Program-made: the position numbers and the translations under genes
Shown here: piece by piece, positions 1 to 9,256 of the stretch
How the letters are laid out: each line of letters opens with the position of its first letter
How positions within the stretch are numbered: the stretch's first letter is position 1
Notes under the pieces: generated by a model
The model's database searches: none
What the model saw: only the letters and a program-made list of their open reading frames with translations
Told to the model about the DNA's origin: nothing
Source: a virus
Taxonomy: Duplodnaviria > Caudoviricetes
Virus record (IMG/VR): IMGVR_UViG_2883843030_000002
Location: 1-64,000 of that record
Direction: 5' to 3' (one strand)
DNA length: 64,000 nucleotides

Positions 1-41
1 TTGCACTTTTTGGGTGTATTCCGATTGCTTTGGATTAAACC

Positions 42-61
42 TACCCGCAAATTACCCGCAA
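42..61 (+). repeat. Tandem direct repeat TACCCGCAA x2 just upstream of the integrase start; candidate arm-type integrase binding sites
   Basis: TACCCGCAA at 42-50 and 53-61. Confidence 0.4.
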
Positions 62-72
62 CTTTGAGAACT

Positions 73-1278
73 ATGGTAACCACCAAATTGTATCTTGACC
101 GGCGGGCAGTCAAGGATGAAACAAAACCGGCCCCACTGAAGATTGCCATCACGAAACGTGGCTCAACCTCATATATATCTCTTGGCATATCTTTGTTAGC
201 ATCGCAATGGGATTCTAAAGCCAATAAGGTTATAGGGCATCCCAAAAAGCAATTCTACAACACTTATATAAAAAAGCGTAAGCTTGAGGTCGACGAAATC
301 GTTCTCTCGATGATTGCGAATAAGGATATTGAGGGGACAATAACGGAAATCAAAAACCGAATACTTGCGGTTGTCAATCCGGAAGAAGCCGAGTCTGTTC
401 CCAAAAACCTTTTTTGCGTATGGCTGGAGAAATTTGCTGATAATAAAGGTGGTCGGACTAGGCAGATTTATCTTGCGACGCTTGAACGCATAAAAAAATT
501 CAAGCCTAAGGAGTATGCTGCCCTTACGTTCGAGGAAATGACTTTGGAATGGCTTACTAATTTTGACCTTTTCCTTGCTAAGACTTCGCCGGCAAAGAAT
601 GCTCGCAATATACATTTTCGTAATATTCGTGCCGTTTTCAACTACGCAATCGACAACGAGATTACTGCCGCCTATCCATTCAGAAAATTCAAGTTGAAAT
701 ATGAAGAAACAAGAAAGAGGTCTATGTCCGTTGAATCTTTGCGAAAAATAATGACGGCAGGCATAGAACCACATCTTGAGAAGTACCGGGATTTCTTTAT
801 GCTCTCGTTCTACTTGATTGGTATGAATGTTGTAGATATCTGCAATGCTACAGGTATAACAGATGGTCGTCTGCAGTACCGTCGCGCAAAGACGCATAAA
901 CTCTATTCGATTAAATTGGAGCCTGAAGCTGCGGCTATCATAAGCAAATATGCCGGTGAGCGGCACTTGCTTAACTATCTCGACCACCATAAAAGTTATC
1001 GGACATTCTATAATTGCCTTGTTCGCGGACTCAATAGCGTAAAGGTTGCGCTTAATAGCATAGACGACGGTATCACTTTTCAAGAGCTTACTACTTATTG
1101 GGCCCGTCATACATGGGCTACAATTGCATCGGATCTCGATATTCCAGACGCGACCATTGCGGCTGCTCTCGGACACTCCTATGGCAACTCCACCTCTGCA
1201 ATATACATCAATTTCAATATGCGTAAGGTGGATGAGGCCAACCGACGCGTCATCGACTATGTTCTGGGGCAACTGTAA
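73..1278 (+). CDS. int: Tyrosine recombinase / phage integrase (Bacteroidota type with arm-binding and SAM-like domains)
   Basis: N-terminal YLDRR..P.KI arm-binding signature; YRRAKT, YWARHTWAT, ALGHS and Y motifs; ATG at 73 preferred over TTG at 1. Confidence 0.93.
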   Translation: MVTTKLYLDRRAVKDETKPAPLKIAITKRGSTSYISLGISLLASQWDSKANKVIGHPKKQFYNTYIKKRKLEVDEIVLSMIANKDIEGTITEIKNRILAVVNPEEAESVPKNLFCVWLEKFADNKGGRTRQIYLATLERIKKFKPKEYAALTFEEMTLEWLTNFDLFLAKTSPAKNARNIHFRNIRAVFNYAIDNEITAAYPFRKFKLKYEETRKRSMSVESLRKIMTAGIEPHLEKYRDFFMLSFYLIGMNVVDICNATGITDGRLQYRRAKTHKLYSIKLEPEAAAIISKYAGERHLLNYLDHHKSYRTFYNCLVRGLNSVKVALNSIDDGITFQELTTYWARHTWATIASDLDIPDATIAAALGHSYGNSTSAIYINFNMRKVDEANRRVIDYVLGQL

Positions 1279-1292
1279 GGTCATCGCACAAA

Positions 1293-1320
1293 AAGAGCCA
1301 GGAGTTTCCTCGTGGCTCTT
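1293..1320. terminator. Bidirectional intrinsic terminator between convergent int and xis
   Basis: AAGAGCCA...TGGCTCTT stem with flanking A/T runs. Confidence 0.7.
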
Positions 1321-1364
1321 AAATCTTGCGCCCTCACGGGTTGGGATTGCAAATATGAAGTATC

Positions 1365-1565
1365 TTAAAGCTGGGAATTCCAAAATCGCAGGATTTCTTT
1401 TCCCAGATATATTTTCCTCGCGGTTTCCCGCCTGAAACTGCATTTTATATGACCTTCTTCAGTGTAGCGACGCAGTGTGTTACGGTGAATTCCGAGGTGT
1501 TCGCACGTCTGCTTCACTGTATATCGCCCGGTTGGGGCTACTTGGGGTTCTGTTGCTGTTACCAT
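1365..1565 (-). CDS. Excisionase-like HTH DNA-binding protein
   Basis: YTVKQTCEHLGIHRNTLRRY MerR/Xis-type HTH, convergent on the integrase. Confidence 0.8.
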   Translation of the reverse strand: MVTATEPQVAPTGRYTVKQTCEHLGIHRNTLRRYTEEGHIKCSFRRETARKIYLGKEILRFWNSQL

Positions 1566-1577
1566 TACGCTATCTTA

Positions 1578-1799
1578 TTATCGTTCTGCGAGCTTATATA
1601 AAGGAATGTGGTTGATATTCATGCTTTGGGTAATAAGACCATCTTCCACAAGGGATGCGATTGCCTCATCGAAGTCTTTGCAAATAACGGCCATTATTGC
1701 CTGCTTTGTAGCAACGACCGGTGCTACATGAGCATCTTGAACACGTTTTATCTCTTCCTTTATCAGTTCGTAGATATATGGTTGGAAAAAGTCTGCCAT
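1578..1799 (-). CDS. Hypothetical protein (possible winged helix)
   Basis: Tightly packed in the operon. Confidence 0.7.
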   Translation of the reverse strand: MADFFQPYIYELIKEEIKRVQDAHVAPVVATKQAIMAVICKDFDEAIASLVEDGLITQSMNINHIPLYKLAER

Positions 1800-2293
1800 T
1801 AGTCGTCGGTTATTGTGAGATGATTCTCAATGTATTTATCTGTTATCGAGTTAACATCATCGATGTAATCCTCATTATTTACGATAAAATCAGACAACCC
1901 GGCAAAATTAGGATGGCAAACTATGCTGGCAAATTCTTGAGCCCGTTTTTTGATGTCGTCGAGCAGCGGAATTAGATGGTTTTCCTGAACTCCGAGCTTA
2001 TCGAATTTATCCTTCAAATCGTAAGCGCAATCTGCGAGATAGTCTGCGGCCAAGTGTACTTTTACAATGGCATTGTTTATGCCGGACTTATTGAGAGTTT
2101 CTTTGTCAAAAAGCTCTGATAGTTTTTTTGGCAAGTAGCTTTCAGCTTCCTCTATTGCGGCTTCGACATCTTGGATTTTACCCATGGTGATGTTTGCCTG
2201 ATATAGTTTCCCATTGCGCAACTGCTCGTTTAGTTTAGCGCGCAGTTCAGCTTTTCGTTTTTTGAGCCGGTCTAATTTTGAGTTTACGCTCAT
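1799..2293 (-). CDS. Hypothetical protein
   Basis: ATG start, stop overlaps the next start. Confidence 0.75.
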   Translation of the reverse strand: MSVNSKLDRLKKRKAELRAKLNEQLRNGKLYQANITMGKIQDVEAAIEEAESYLPKKLSELFDKETLNKSGINNAIVKVHLAADYLADCAYDLKDKFDKLGVQENHLIPLLDDIKKRAQEFASIVCHPNFAGLSDFIVNNEDYIDDVNSITDKYIENHLTITDD

Positions 2294-2309
2294 AAGAATT
2301 GGATTTTAG

Positions 2310-2340
2310 TGTCGGACCGGCATCAATAGCCGATCCGACA
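2310..2340 (-). other. GC-rich hairpin downstream of the DGR target-2 gene (candidate homing hairpin or terminator)
   Basis: TGTCGGACCGGC-ATCAATA-GCCGATCCGACA, 12-bp stem with 1 mismatch. Confidence 0.55.
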
Positions 2341-2357
2341 TGATGGTTGGTTTCTTA

Positions 2358-2936
2358 CTATGCTTTGTTCTTTTCGGGAATGAAGCAAAAATCTGCGTAA
2401 ATCTCGATGAATTGTTTGGCTGCATACTCAGCCAGCTTTTCGCTTTTGAAGGCGAGCCGAGAGCCGTAGTTCGAGTACGAAGAAGCGAAATACGCGTCCG
2501 AGTAGACGAGACCGCCACTCGCGTACGCATAGTAGTTCGACCGACCGACGCACCGGCTCTTCTCTTCGTCAGATAGAGCTTCGTAGTCTTCCTTGCTGAT
2601 AAGGTCGTACCACCCGTACCAACGGCGCTCGCCATCGACAAACTGAGGTTCCCAGCCCTCATTTAGGGCGGCGGTGATGATGCGAAGTTGGAAATATGCT
2701 TTGATGTCGGGCATTAGATCGCGGAGGCTCCATTCCACGGCACGATAGGCTTTTACTGCTTCGTGTTCTTCGCCAAGTTCTTCGATGGCATCTTTGATGG
2801 TTTTCACACGATCTGTTACGGGGAGTATCTCAGAGAGCTTTTCTCCTATCTGTTCTTTGATGGCCTTTCGACCGACGGCGTTACAGTTGCCATATACAGC
2901 TACTAACGTCTCTTTGTTTAATTGGATTGCTTCCAT
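2358..2936 (-). CDS. Small phage protein that is a remote DGR target (contains VR2)
   Basis: Encodes SRCVGRSNYYAYASGGLVYSDAYFASSYSNYGSRLAF from a TR-homologous segment; start taken at MEAIQL. Confidence 0.9.
   Translation of the reverse strand: MEAIQLNKETLVAVYGNCNAVGRKAIKEQIGEKLSEILPVTDRVKTIKDAIEELGEEHEAVKAYRAVEWSLRDLMPDIKAYFQLRIITAALNEGWEPQFVDGERRWYGWYDLISKEDYEALSDEEKSRCVGRSNYYAYASGGLVYSDAYFASSYSNYGSRLAFKSEKLAEYAAKQFIEIYADFCFIPEKNKA
2454..2557 (-). repeat. DGR variable repeat VR2
   Basis: Aligns to TR 19194-19303 with 11 substitutions, all at TR adenines, plus one 6-nt in-frame deletion. Confidence 0.93.
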
Positions 2937-2962
2937 TTGTTTGAGTTTTTTGATTAGAATGT

Positions 2963-3042
2963 ATCTTATTTGCACTTGCAAATTTAATCGAAAATAATCA
3001 TTTACGCAAGTTTTGGGGCGATTATTTTAATCATATACGCAA
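2963..3042 (-). promoter_or_regulatory. Early promoter/operator cassette, copy 1
   Basis: -7 box TAAATTTG (2979-2986); two TAATCAT.TA.GCAA repeats at 2995 and 3028; GCAAATAAGAT box. Confidence 0.8.
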
Positions 3043-3084
3043 TATTTATTAGTGTAATAATCATTGTTACTATGTTTTGCCTAA

Positions 3085-3297
3085 TTAGAGGGCACCGCAT
3101 ACTGCGATATAATATTCGGCATCTATGGCATCGCAATTTAGCAGTTGAACTCCGATGTGTTTGCAGAGTTTGCTAATAAGCTCTATTCGATTCTGTTTTC
3201 GATTCTCAGACGCAATGCAAGATGAGGTTCTGTAAATCTCGTCAGCTAAAGTGCTGAATACAATTTGAGCCTGGTCGGTTGACATTTCTATTTTCAT
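3085..3297 (-). CDS. Hypothetical protein
   Basis: ORF in operon. Confidence 0.6.
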   Translation of the reverse strand: MKIEMSTDQAQIVFSTLADEIYRTSSCIASENRKQNRIELISKLCKHIGVQLLNCDAIDAEYYIAVCGAL

Positions 3298-3305
3298 GTT
3301 TATTG

Positions 3306-4304
3306 CTAACTAATTAAGGATTCATACTCATTCTTCCTATTGGCTTGTTCGCACCCTTGTTTGCCATATGCAGGCGTAATATTGGCGTAGCAATACACGC
3401 AGCTATGCCCGCAGGTATTATATGTTCCAATATCTTTGCTGAGGACGCAGCCACATGCAGCTCTTTGTCCGGGGTCTTTGGGAAAGGATTCTGGAGTACC
3501 GAACATATCCGAGTAGCCGAGCCATGACATTAGCCTTTCGTCGTCTTTGAATAGTCGCGTCATTAGTAAGGGGTCAACGCAACGATTCTTTGCTACGCCA
3601 AACTTACTCAAGTCTATTTGTTCTCCGCAAGTTGCGAGTTCATATCCAAGCGATTCATTAATTTTGGATAATTCAGTTGCAAAATCACACATGCTTTTTT
3701 GTGTGAAATCTACATACTTTATTCCGCCTTGGTTGAGATTGTATTGCACTTTACGATAGCTTGTGATGTCCGCGAAGCTGAATACTAGTTTCTCACAATA
3801 GTCTTTGAGTTCTCGACCGATCTTCTCTATTCTTTCAAGATGGTCTGTTATCTGAAGATTGTCTGTCAGAATAACTGGGTCATATCTCCATATGACAGAA
3901 CCAACGCCTAAAACATCAACGAGGCGTTTGAATGTATCGATGCGCTGGTTTAGCGGTGGAATGCTCGGTTCAAACCCTTCGGCTGCATAATCATTGAGAG
4001 TAAACTGGATATAGCAGTTTACATTGCGACTGGATAGCTCTAGCATTCGGTCTATGAGTGCTATGGGGTTTTTAGACCAGAACACTACCACTCTAGTATT
4101 CTGAAACGAAACAAAAGATTGCTTTTGGTTAAATGGATTTACCCACGAGCAATATCCTTTCTTGAGTCGGTTGAAGAACCAATCCAAATGAAATGCTGGA
4201 ATGTCAGTGCTCCGACTTGCCGATATGACGATGGGCGCGATAGCATCCACACACTCTCCAGTTTCGCGAATAATGCTTACCTTTTCGTGCTTATACATTT
4301 TCAT
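3306..4304 (-). CDS. DUF1848-family protein (radical-SAM / spore-photoproduct-lyase-like, C-terminal CxxxCxxC)
   Basis: ISASRSTDIPAF, FWSKNP, WRYDP, DIGTYNTCGHSCVYCYAN motifs. Confidence 0.85.
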   Translation of the reverse strand: MKMYKHEKVSIIRETGECVDAIAPIVISASRSTDIPAFHLDWFFNRLKKGYCSWVNPFNQKQSFVSFQNTRVVVFWSKNPIALIDRMLELSSRNVNCYIQFTLNDYAAEGFEPSIPPLNQRIDTFKRLVDVLGVGSVIWRYDPVILTDNLQITDHLERIEKIGRELKDYCEKLVFSFADITSYRKVQYNLNQGGIKYVDFTQKSMCDFATELSKINESLGYELATCGEQIDLSKFGVAKNRCVDPLLMTRLFKDDERLMSWLGYSDMFGTPESFPKDPGQRAACGCVLSKDIGTYNTCGHSCVYCYANITPAYGKQGCEQANRKNEYESLIS

Positions 4305-4642
4305 TTCACTTCAACAATATATTCAATTCCGGAGCCCAGATATTCACGCAATGAAGTTTTGTCGACTGCATAATACTCTGCACATTGTCCATACCGCTTT
4401 ACTACAAATTTCTTTAAGATATCGTGGAATGTGAAAGCCCAACCCTGCAAAGGAATGGCGTTGTTAAAGTACGAATTGGAGTTTACTTTGTGAGTAATCC
4501 AATTCTTTTGTGCTCTATTGAGTTTGATGCCGGAATTGATAAGTTCCCTTATTTTATAGACAATGCTGTCCTTGAGGGCATCTATGGGTTTGGTATCCCA
4601 TGGAACAAATTTAAATACAGTCGCTGTCATCATTGGAACCAA
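4301..4642 (-). CDS. Hypothetical protein
   Basis: Overlapping stop/start packing; exact start uncertain. Confidence 0.7.
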   Translation of the reverse strand: MVPMMTATVFKFVPWDTKPIDALKDSIVYKIRELINSGIKLNRAQKNWITHKVNSNSYFNNAIPLQGWAFTFHDILKKFVVKRYGQCAEYYAVDKTSLREYLGSGIEYIVEVK

Positions 4643-4968
4643 TATAATCTGACGAAGTCGTTATTGGGATCGCTGTTTTCAAACCATGTTTCCAAGCTCG
4701 ATATAAGTTCTTCTACCGAAAACTCTGCTTCGCCCTCTTCGAGGTATCTGGCGTATCTCTCTCGACATTTCTTGACCTTCTTAATCGCTTGCTCAAATTC
4801 GTCTTTAGGTATTTCGAGTGTGTCTGCGCTCTCGATATACTCGCTGTTGCACCACAATCCGGGGCATAGGTCGTTGAGTAAGCGGTTTATACAATCTTGT
4901 TGGTATGACATGAAGCCATGATCATATTTTACGTCGTACTTGGTAGCGACGTGGCATCTGTACCCCAT
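4630..4968 (-). CDS. Hypothetical protein
   Basis: ORF in operon. Confidence 0.75.
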   Translation of the reverse strand: MGYRCHVATKYDVKYDHGFMSYQQDCINRLLNDLCPGLWCNSEYIESADTLEIPKDEFEQAIKKVKKCRERYARYLEEGEAEFSVEELISSLETWFENSDPNNDFVRLYWFQ

Positions 4969-4970
4969 AT

Positions 4971-5327
4971 TTATTCAGTTTTTGTTTCGTTGATTATCTC
5001 TTTTTCAATCTCGCAGAGGAATATCTTGAAGTCTTTCTTGTGATGGAGAAAGACCATTTCTATTTGAGCTTGCATTTTAGGAAGTCTCGCGAGCCCCATG
5101 CATTTTAGGAATTCGCTCACTAAAAACTGTTGGTCGTTACGGTTAGTAACTCCAATTCCGGAGCAAAGATCATTGATAGACTGTCTCGCCCGTCTTTTGA
5201 GCTTTTCTTGGTTCGGCCAATAGGTGCCGTCCGTTTGGCTCCTTGGATAACCGCATGCTTCGCCAAGATATTCACCGGTTATGGCATCCAATGTACCGTC
5301 GAGCATCATTTCTGCTATTTCCCCCAT
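4971..5327 (-). CDS. Hypothetical protein (MGEIAEMMLDG N-terminus common in phages)
   Basis: Start taken at MGEIAEM directly after the upstream stop. Confidence 0.75.
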   Translation of the reverse strand: MGEIAEMMLDGTLDAITGEYLGEACGYPRSQTDGTYWPNQEKLKRRARQSINDLCSGIGVTNRNDQQFLVSEFLKCMGLARLPKMQAQIEMVFLHHKKDFKIFLCEIEKEIINETKTE

Positions 5328-5328
5328 T

Positions 5329-5979
5329 TTATATTTGTCTTTTGAATTTGCGTTTGCAGGCAGAAGGGATGATGACATCTATCGGCCCATGCACCATTTC
5401 TTTAATTGAATCTACGCTTTTTTCATCGCCACGTTCTGTGGCGATATTTATGGCATCCGCTATTGCTCGCTCTTTGTCAAGGGCACTGTAACCGAATACT
5501 TCCTTCCGTCTTTTGTCGGAGAATTCTGGGAAAATGGCGGTTCCACAGCCGTAATATCCAAAGGTGGAGATGCGATAAAATGGCTCATAACATCTGCGAA
5601 AGACTTTCCCATCAACTATCAAGTATTCGCGACTTGTGAGTTTTAGATATGCGACATATTCCGCCTTTGTTGTGTACTCTCCGTAATTGGGGTATTTTCT
5701 GAATACGCTTTCCCAAGGGATGGCATCGAATTCATATTCTTCGGAGCGTTTGCCGTTATAGAATGAGATTCTAGCTTCTTTGTATAACTGGTTCTTGAAC
5801 AACCGGACCTCCATCATCCGCTCCCTGAGGCTATGGACAATAAACGCAACCGGGGCCTCGGTTGCAGATGCCTCTCTTATTCTAACCTTGACCTTTTCTT
5901 TATGTCCGATTGGTCGCGGTTTTCGGCATCTTGGAGGAACCTCATTCTCATGGAATTCAATCTCAATCTCAATTACCAT
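5329..5979 (-). CDS. Hypothetical protein
   Basis: ORF in operon. Confidence 0.75.
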   Translation of the reverse strand: MVIEIEIEFHENEVPPRCRKPRPIGHKEKVKVRIREASATEAPVAFIVHSLRERMMEVRLFKNQLYKEARISFYNGKRSEEYEFDAIPWESVFRKYPNYGEYTTKAEYVAYLKLTSREYLIVDGKVFRRCYEPFYRISTFGYYGCGTAIFPEFSDKRRKEVFGYSALDKERAIADAINIATERGDEKSVDSIKEMVHGPIDVIIPSACKRKFKRQI

Positions 5980-6412
5980 CGGTCTCTGATTTTATAAGAT
6001 TGTCGAAGAAGTCTTTAATTTCAGTGTATAGAACTTCTTTCGGTGTGCTAATTGCCCTCCTACCCTCGAAGAATCTGCCGCCAATCTTGAAGCAGAATGG
6101 GTATAGGTCGTACTGGTAGCATTCTCCGACAAAGAAGGCGTTATGCAACATTCTTGCCGGCGGAAGACAATCCATAACATCGTAGTAGCGTTCTTCGTCT
6201 ATTTCCTCGAATGGAGCTTTGTTGAGCATTGCTCGATGCTCGTTGACGAGTTCTGCGACTCTTTCAGGGGTTACGGCTATGAGATTAGGATTATCTTTGG
6301 CCTTTTTCAGAGCTTCGAGAGTTTCGCCTCCATAGTCGCTGTGGATGTCATCACTCATGCTTGTAACGACTGTTCCTTCAAAGGGGATAGTGGGGTCTAT
6401 GATATATTTCAT
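5969..6412 (-). CDS. Hypothetical protein, DUF1419-like C-terminus
   Basis: EIDEERYYDVMDCLPP...FFVGE motif. Confidence 0.6.
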   Translation of the reverse strand: MKYIIDPTIPFEGTVVTSMSDDIHSDYGGETLEALKKAKDNPNLIAVTPERVAELVNEHRAMLNKAPFEEIDEERYYDVMDCLPPARMLHNAFFVGECYQYDLYPFCFKIGGRFFEGRRAISTPKEVLYTEIKDFFDNLIKSETDGN

Positions 6413-6612
6413 ATTGCGTTTTCGTAAATTGTGGGTTCTGATGATACATTATATATAAAGGAGCCACAGCGCACGAGAAGAGCATTTTTACCATAGTAGA
6501 GTTTTCTCATACCAGTTACACTTCCGGACGCGCTGAAGTTGGGAAAGCGGTGTATATCCACGCGCTCTCCCTCTTCTATACAGATTCGTTTTACTCTTGG
6601 TGGCCGTGCCAT
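6409..6612 (-). CDS. Hypothetical protein
   Basis: ATGA overlap with the next gene. Confidence 0.7.
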   Translation of the reverse strand: MARPPRVKRICIEEGERVDIHRFPNFSASGSVTGMRKLYYGKNALLVRCGSFIYNVSSEPTIYENAI

Positions 6613-7775
6613 AGCTTCTGTCCTAATTTTGACACTTCACTGACATCGTAAGTTCCGTTGGGACCACCGAGAATGACGCGGGCTGCACTATAGCATGCAT
6701 TCTGCGTAAGCTGACGTTGCCAGCATGCATTGTTTCTAGACCATCGCCAGGCTTCTTTCTTGAGCAGGCTGATGACCTCTGGTGCCGGCTTTCCTTCGTG
6801 GAAGATTTGCAGGCGGTCTTCTTCGTAGTTCTTGACGATAGTGCAAGAATACATTTCGAACACTTCGTTTTCGCGGTTCGCGTTCTCGGTTTGCTTGGCA
6901 AGGGTTTCCTCTGCCTTCTCTACGAGTTTCCAGAACTTGTGGCGATCAGTGAATATCGGTTTGCCACCGGCGCTTTTGAACTTCGCATTGAGTTCTTTGA
7001 TGAACTCGCCGGCTCTGCGGAGCATTTCGACTTTACCATTCTTCGCAAGGGTTTCCATTCGGTTGTAGAGGTTCGACACAAAAAGTGTTCGGTTATACGG
7101 CTCATTACGGGTGTCAATCCCGAAGATACTTCTCGCAGTATCCATTATTCGTGCCTTTACCGCTTGCCACTCTTCCTCTTCTCTTTGGTCTTGTGGCTTC
7201 GCGGCTTCCATGCGACGCTGGACTCCTTTGAAGAATCGGTCACGCCACTCTCGGAAGTTTCTGTAGGCTGTGTCGTAGGCGTCGCTGGCACTTTTGTTTC
7301 TTTTAGTCGGGAACTTCGCCGGCCCGACAATCATTGCGCTCATAACACGAGAGTGCTTGCTGAACAGCGTGGCAACCCATTCGCGGTATTTCTCGATGTA
7401 GGCTTCGTGTTCTGCCTCGGGGAGTTCCTTCAAGTCTTCCACAATTTCTTTCTCATAGTCACGAATGTACTGGACCGCCCTGTCTTCGGGAGTATGGCTT
7501 GTTCCGGAGAACGCTCTCACACCTGCATCGTAGAGATTTTCGAGGCTGACTTCGTAAAGCCAACTTGTGACTGCCCATTCTTTGAGATTGTAGTTGGAAA
7601 TTTCGATTTCTTCGCCTGAAGGTGATGTAACTTTGTGGGCGTAGTTACAATACATGAATCCTTGGTGCTTGGCAATTGCCCGATAGTCGAAAGTGTAGTC
7701 GGGAGAGTCTGGCTGATTGACCGGGCGAACTGTCTTTGCTCTATGGCAGTTCTTGATTGATAAAATTGTTTCCAT
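6591..7775 (-). CDS. Conserved mobile-element protein resembling polyvalent-protein/DUF3560-type modules
   Basis: SAMIVGPAKFP and RLQIFHEGKP...WRWS...WQRQLT motifs. Confidence 0.6.
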   Translation of the reverse strand: METILSIKNCHRAKTVRPVNQPDSPDYTFDYRAIAKHQGFMYCNYAHKVTSPSGEEIEISNYNLKEWAVTSWLYEVSLENLYDAGVRAFSGTSHTPEDRAVQYIRDYEKEIVEDLKELPEAEHEAYIEKYREWVATLFSKHSRVMSAMIVGPAKFPTKRNKSASDAYDTAYRNFREWRDRFFKGVQRRMEAAKPQDQREEEEWQAVKARIMDTARSIFGIDTRNEPYNRTLFVSNLYNRMETLAKNGKVEMLRRAGEFIKELNAKFKSAGGKPIFTDRHKFWKLVEKAEETLAKQTENANRENEVFEMYSCTIVKNYEEDRLQIFHEGKPAPEVISLLKKEAWRWSRNNACWQRQLTQNACYSAARVILGGPNGTYDVSEVSKLGQKLWHGHQE

Positions 7776-7812
7776 TAGGTATCTTATTTGCGTTTGTCTA
7801 TCTTATTTGCAT

Positions 7813-8247
7813 TTAAGCGAGTTTGTAAGTATTGATTTGGCCTAACCAGCGGCCTAATTGTTGAGCAACGATTTTCTCGCTGATTGCCACGCTGTACGTG
7901 AGCCATTTATCGTTGCCCCATTGCACATTTATATGGTAGTCGCAGTCGCCTCTTCCGAAGTGAGAGCCGTCAGTATTCAAGGCTTTTTCGTAGTGAATCT
8001 CAAATCTCCTTCCGGCAGAATCAATGATTACTACGCATGGTTCGGCACTGGGGAGTTTAGATTTATCTATTTTGAAAGAGCCTATTCCCAATAATTGGGA
8101 TAACGTGTCTTTGAATGTTTCATAGGCGTGTTTCGCGTTTTCCTGACGCTTCGAGCGTTGTCTTTTTTGGGCTTCTTTTTCTCGGACGTCTTTGTCGATG
8201 ACTTCCTTGCGAGAGGCATTAGCGATGCTTAGTAGGTCTTGGCTCAT
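7813..8247 (-). CDS. Hypothetical protein
   Basis: ORF in operon. Confidence 0.7.
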   Translation of the reverse strand: MSQDLLSIANASRKEVIDKDVREKEAQKRQRSKRQENAKHAYETFKDTLSQLLGIGSFKIDKSKLPSAEPCVVIIDSAGRRFEIHYEKALNTDGSHFGRGDCDYHINVQWGNDKWLTYSVAISEKIVAQQLGRWLGQINTYKLA

Positions 8248-8248
8248 A

Positions 8249-8524
8249 TCACGCGTTTTCTTTTACATCTTCAATATCGAAGAGTACGGGAACTTCCCCG
8301 AAAAATTCCTCAGTAATTTCTTTCATCGCTTTTTCGTTTGTCGATATTGCGATGAAGATGAGTGGGGCCCAACCGGGAACTACTGTCTTGCTCTTGTCTC
8401 CTTCTCCGGCAAATATAACTCTCCGGTCTTTGGTGGTTTGGCCGAGATCATTCTGATGATCGGCTACATCGTTGGCTTCCTGTCGGCTTTCGAGTCCTAC
8501 GATGATTTTCTTGATGTACTTCAT
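8249..8524 (-). CDS. Hypothetical protein
   Basis: ORF in operon. Confidence 0.7.
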   Translation of the reverse strand: MKYIKKIIVGLESRQEANDVADHQNDLGQTTKDRRVIFAGEGDKSKTVVPGWAPLIFIAISTNEKAMKEITEEFFGEVPVLFDIEDVKENA

Positions 8525-8535
8525 ATTAATATTGT

Positions 8536-9072
8536 TTAAGCGTTATACTTTGCTACGAGTGCGGCGAGAGCCGAGCGATAATCGTGGCTTCCGAGTTCAG
8601 CGAGATCGATGAGCTCTTTTTCGCAAGCATCGAAGTTCAGGCTCTGTTCTTTAGAGGGTTCCTCGTAGAGCTTTCGGAGGCCTTTGCTTCCGTCGAGATA
8701 TGTGATGAGAACTTTTTGCCCTTTGTTCGTCTTTACCAATTCGTATTTGGCGACTCCGCGGGCCTTGTCTTCAGCCGTTATAGAACGTCTGATTCGCTGT
8801 GCTTCCGTGAGAGCTTTTTCTATTTCGCATTCTTCGGTTTTTGGCTCGGTGTAGTAGAATTCCAAGGTTGCGTTCCAGACGTCGCACATTGCTTGGTGAA
8901 GTTCCTGGTCTGCGAGAGGGCGGATTGTGGAGAAGTAACTTCTCATTTGATTGTCGAACTTTGCATCGTAGCCGTTGTTTTCGTACCAGACCTGCTCCAT
9001 GTCGAAGTTGGATTTTTTCTTCACACTTTTCAGGATTTCTATCGCTTTCTTTATGGTTTCTCTTGTATTCAT
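8536..9072 (-). CDS. Hypothetical protein, first gene after early promoter copy 2
   Basis: ATG ~30 nt downstream of the cassette. Confidence 0.8.
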   Translation of the reverse strand: MNTRETIKKAIEILKSVKKKSNFDMEQVWYENNGYDAKFDNQMRSYFSTIRPLADQELHQAMCDVWNATLEFYYTEPKTEECEIEKALTEAQRIRRSITAEDKARGVAKYELVKTNKGQKVLITYLDGSKGLRKLYEEPSKEQSLNFDACEKELIDLAELGSHDYRSALAALVAKYNA

Positions 9073-9098
9073 ATTGGTGGTCTTTTTTGATGTTTTTT

Positions 9099-9178
9099 AT
9101 CTCATTTGCATATACAAAGATAATCAAAAATAATCATATATGCAAGTTTTAGGGGTGTTATTTTAATCATATCTGCAA
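9099..9178 (-). promoter_or_regulatory. Early promoter/operator cassette, copy 2
   Basis: -7 box TATCTTTG (9115-9122); repeats at 9131 and 9164. Confidence 0.85.
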
Positions 9179-9213
9179 TTTATTTTGTCAGATATAATCA
9201 ATATGATAATATT

Positions 9214-9239
9214 AAAGGCAACCCAAGCGGATTGCCTTT
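9214..9239. terminator. Intrinsic terminator at the end of the lysis operon
   Basis: AAAGGCAA...TTGCCTTT stem. Confidence 0.7.
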
Positions 9240-9256
9240 TTACAATGAAAAAGAGT

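Noticed and set aside
196-1443. Long antisense ORFs (also 6717-7619, 31271-31930, 42443-43309, 57785-58513, 61716-62537)
   Set aside because: They lie opposite well-supported genes and have atypical composition; antisense shadows
2306-2662. 118-aa minus-strand ORF similar to the TR ORF (and plus-strand ORFs 2340-2576 and 19378-19725)
   Set aside because: Shadow frames of VR2 and VR1; the similarity only reflects the TR/VR repeat
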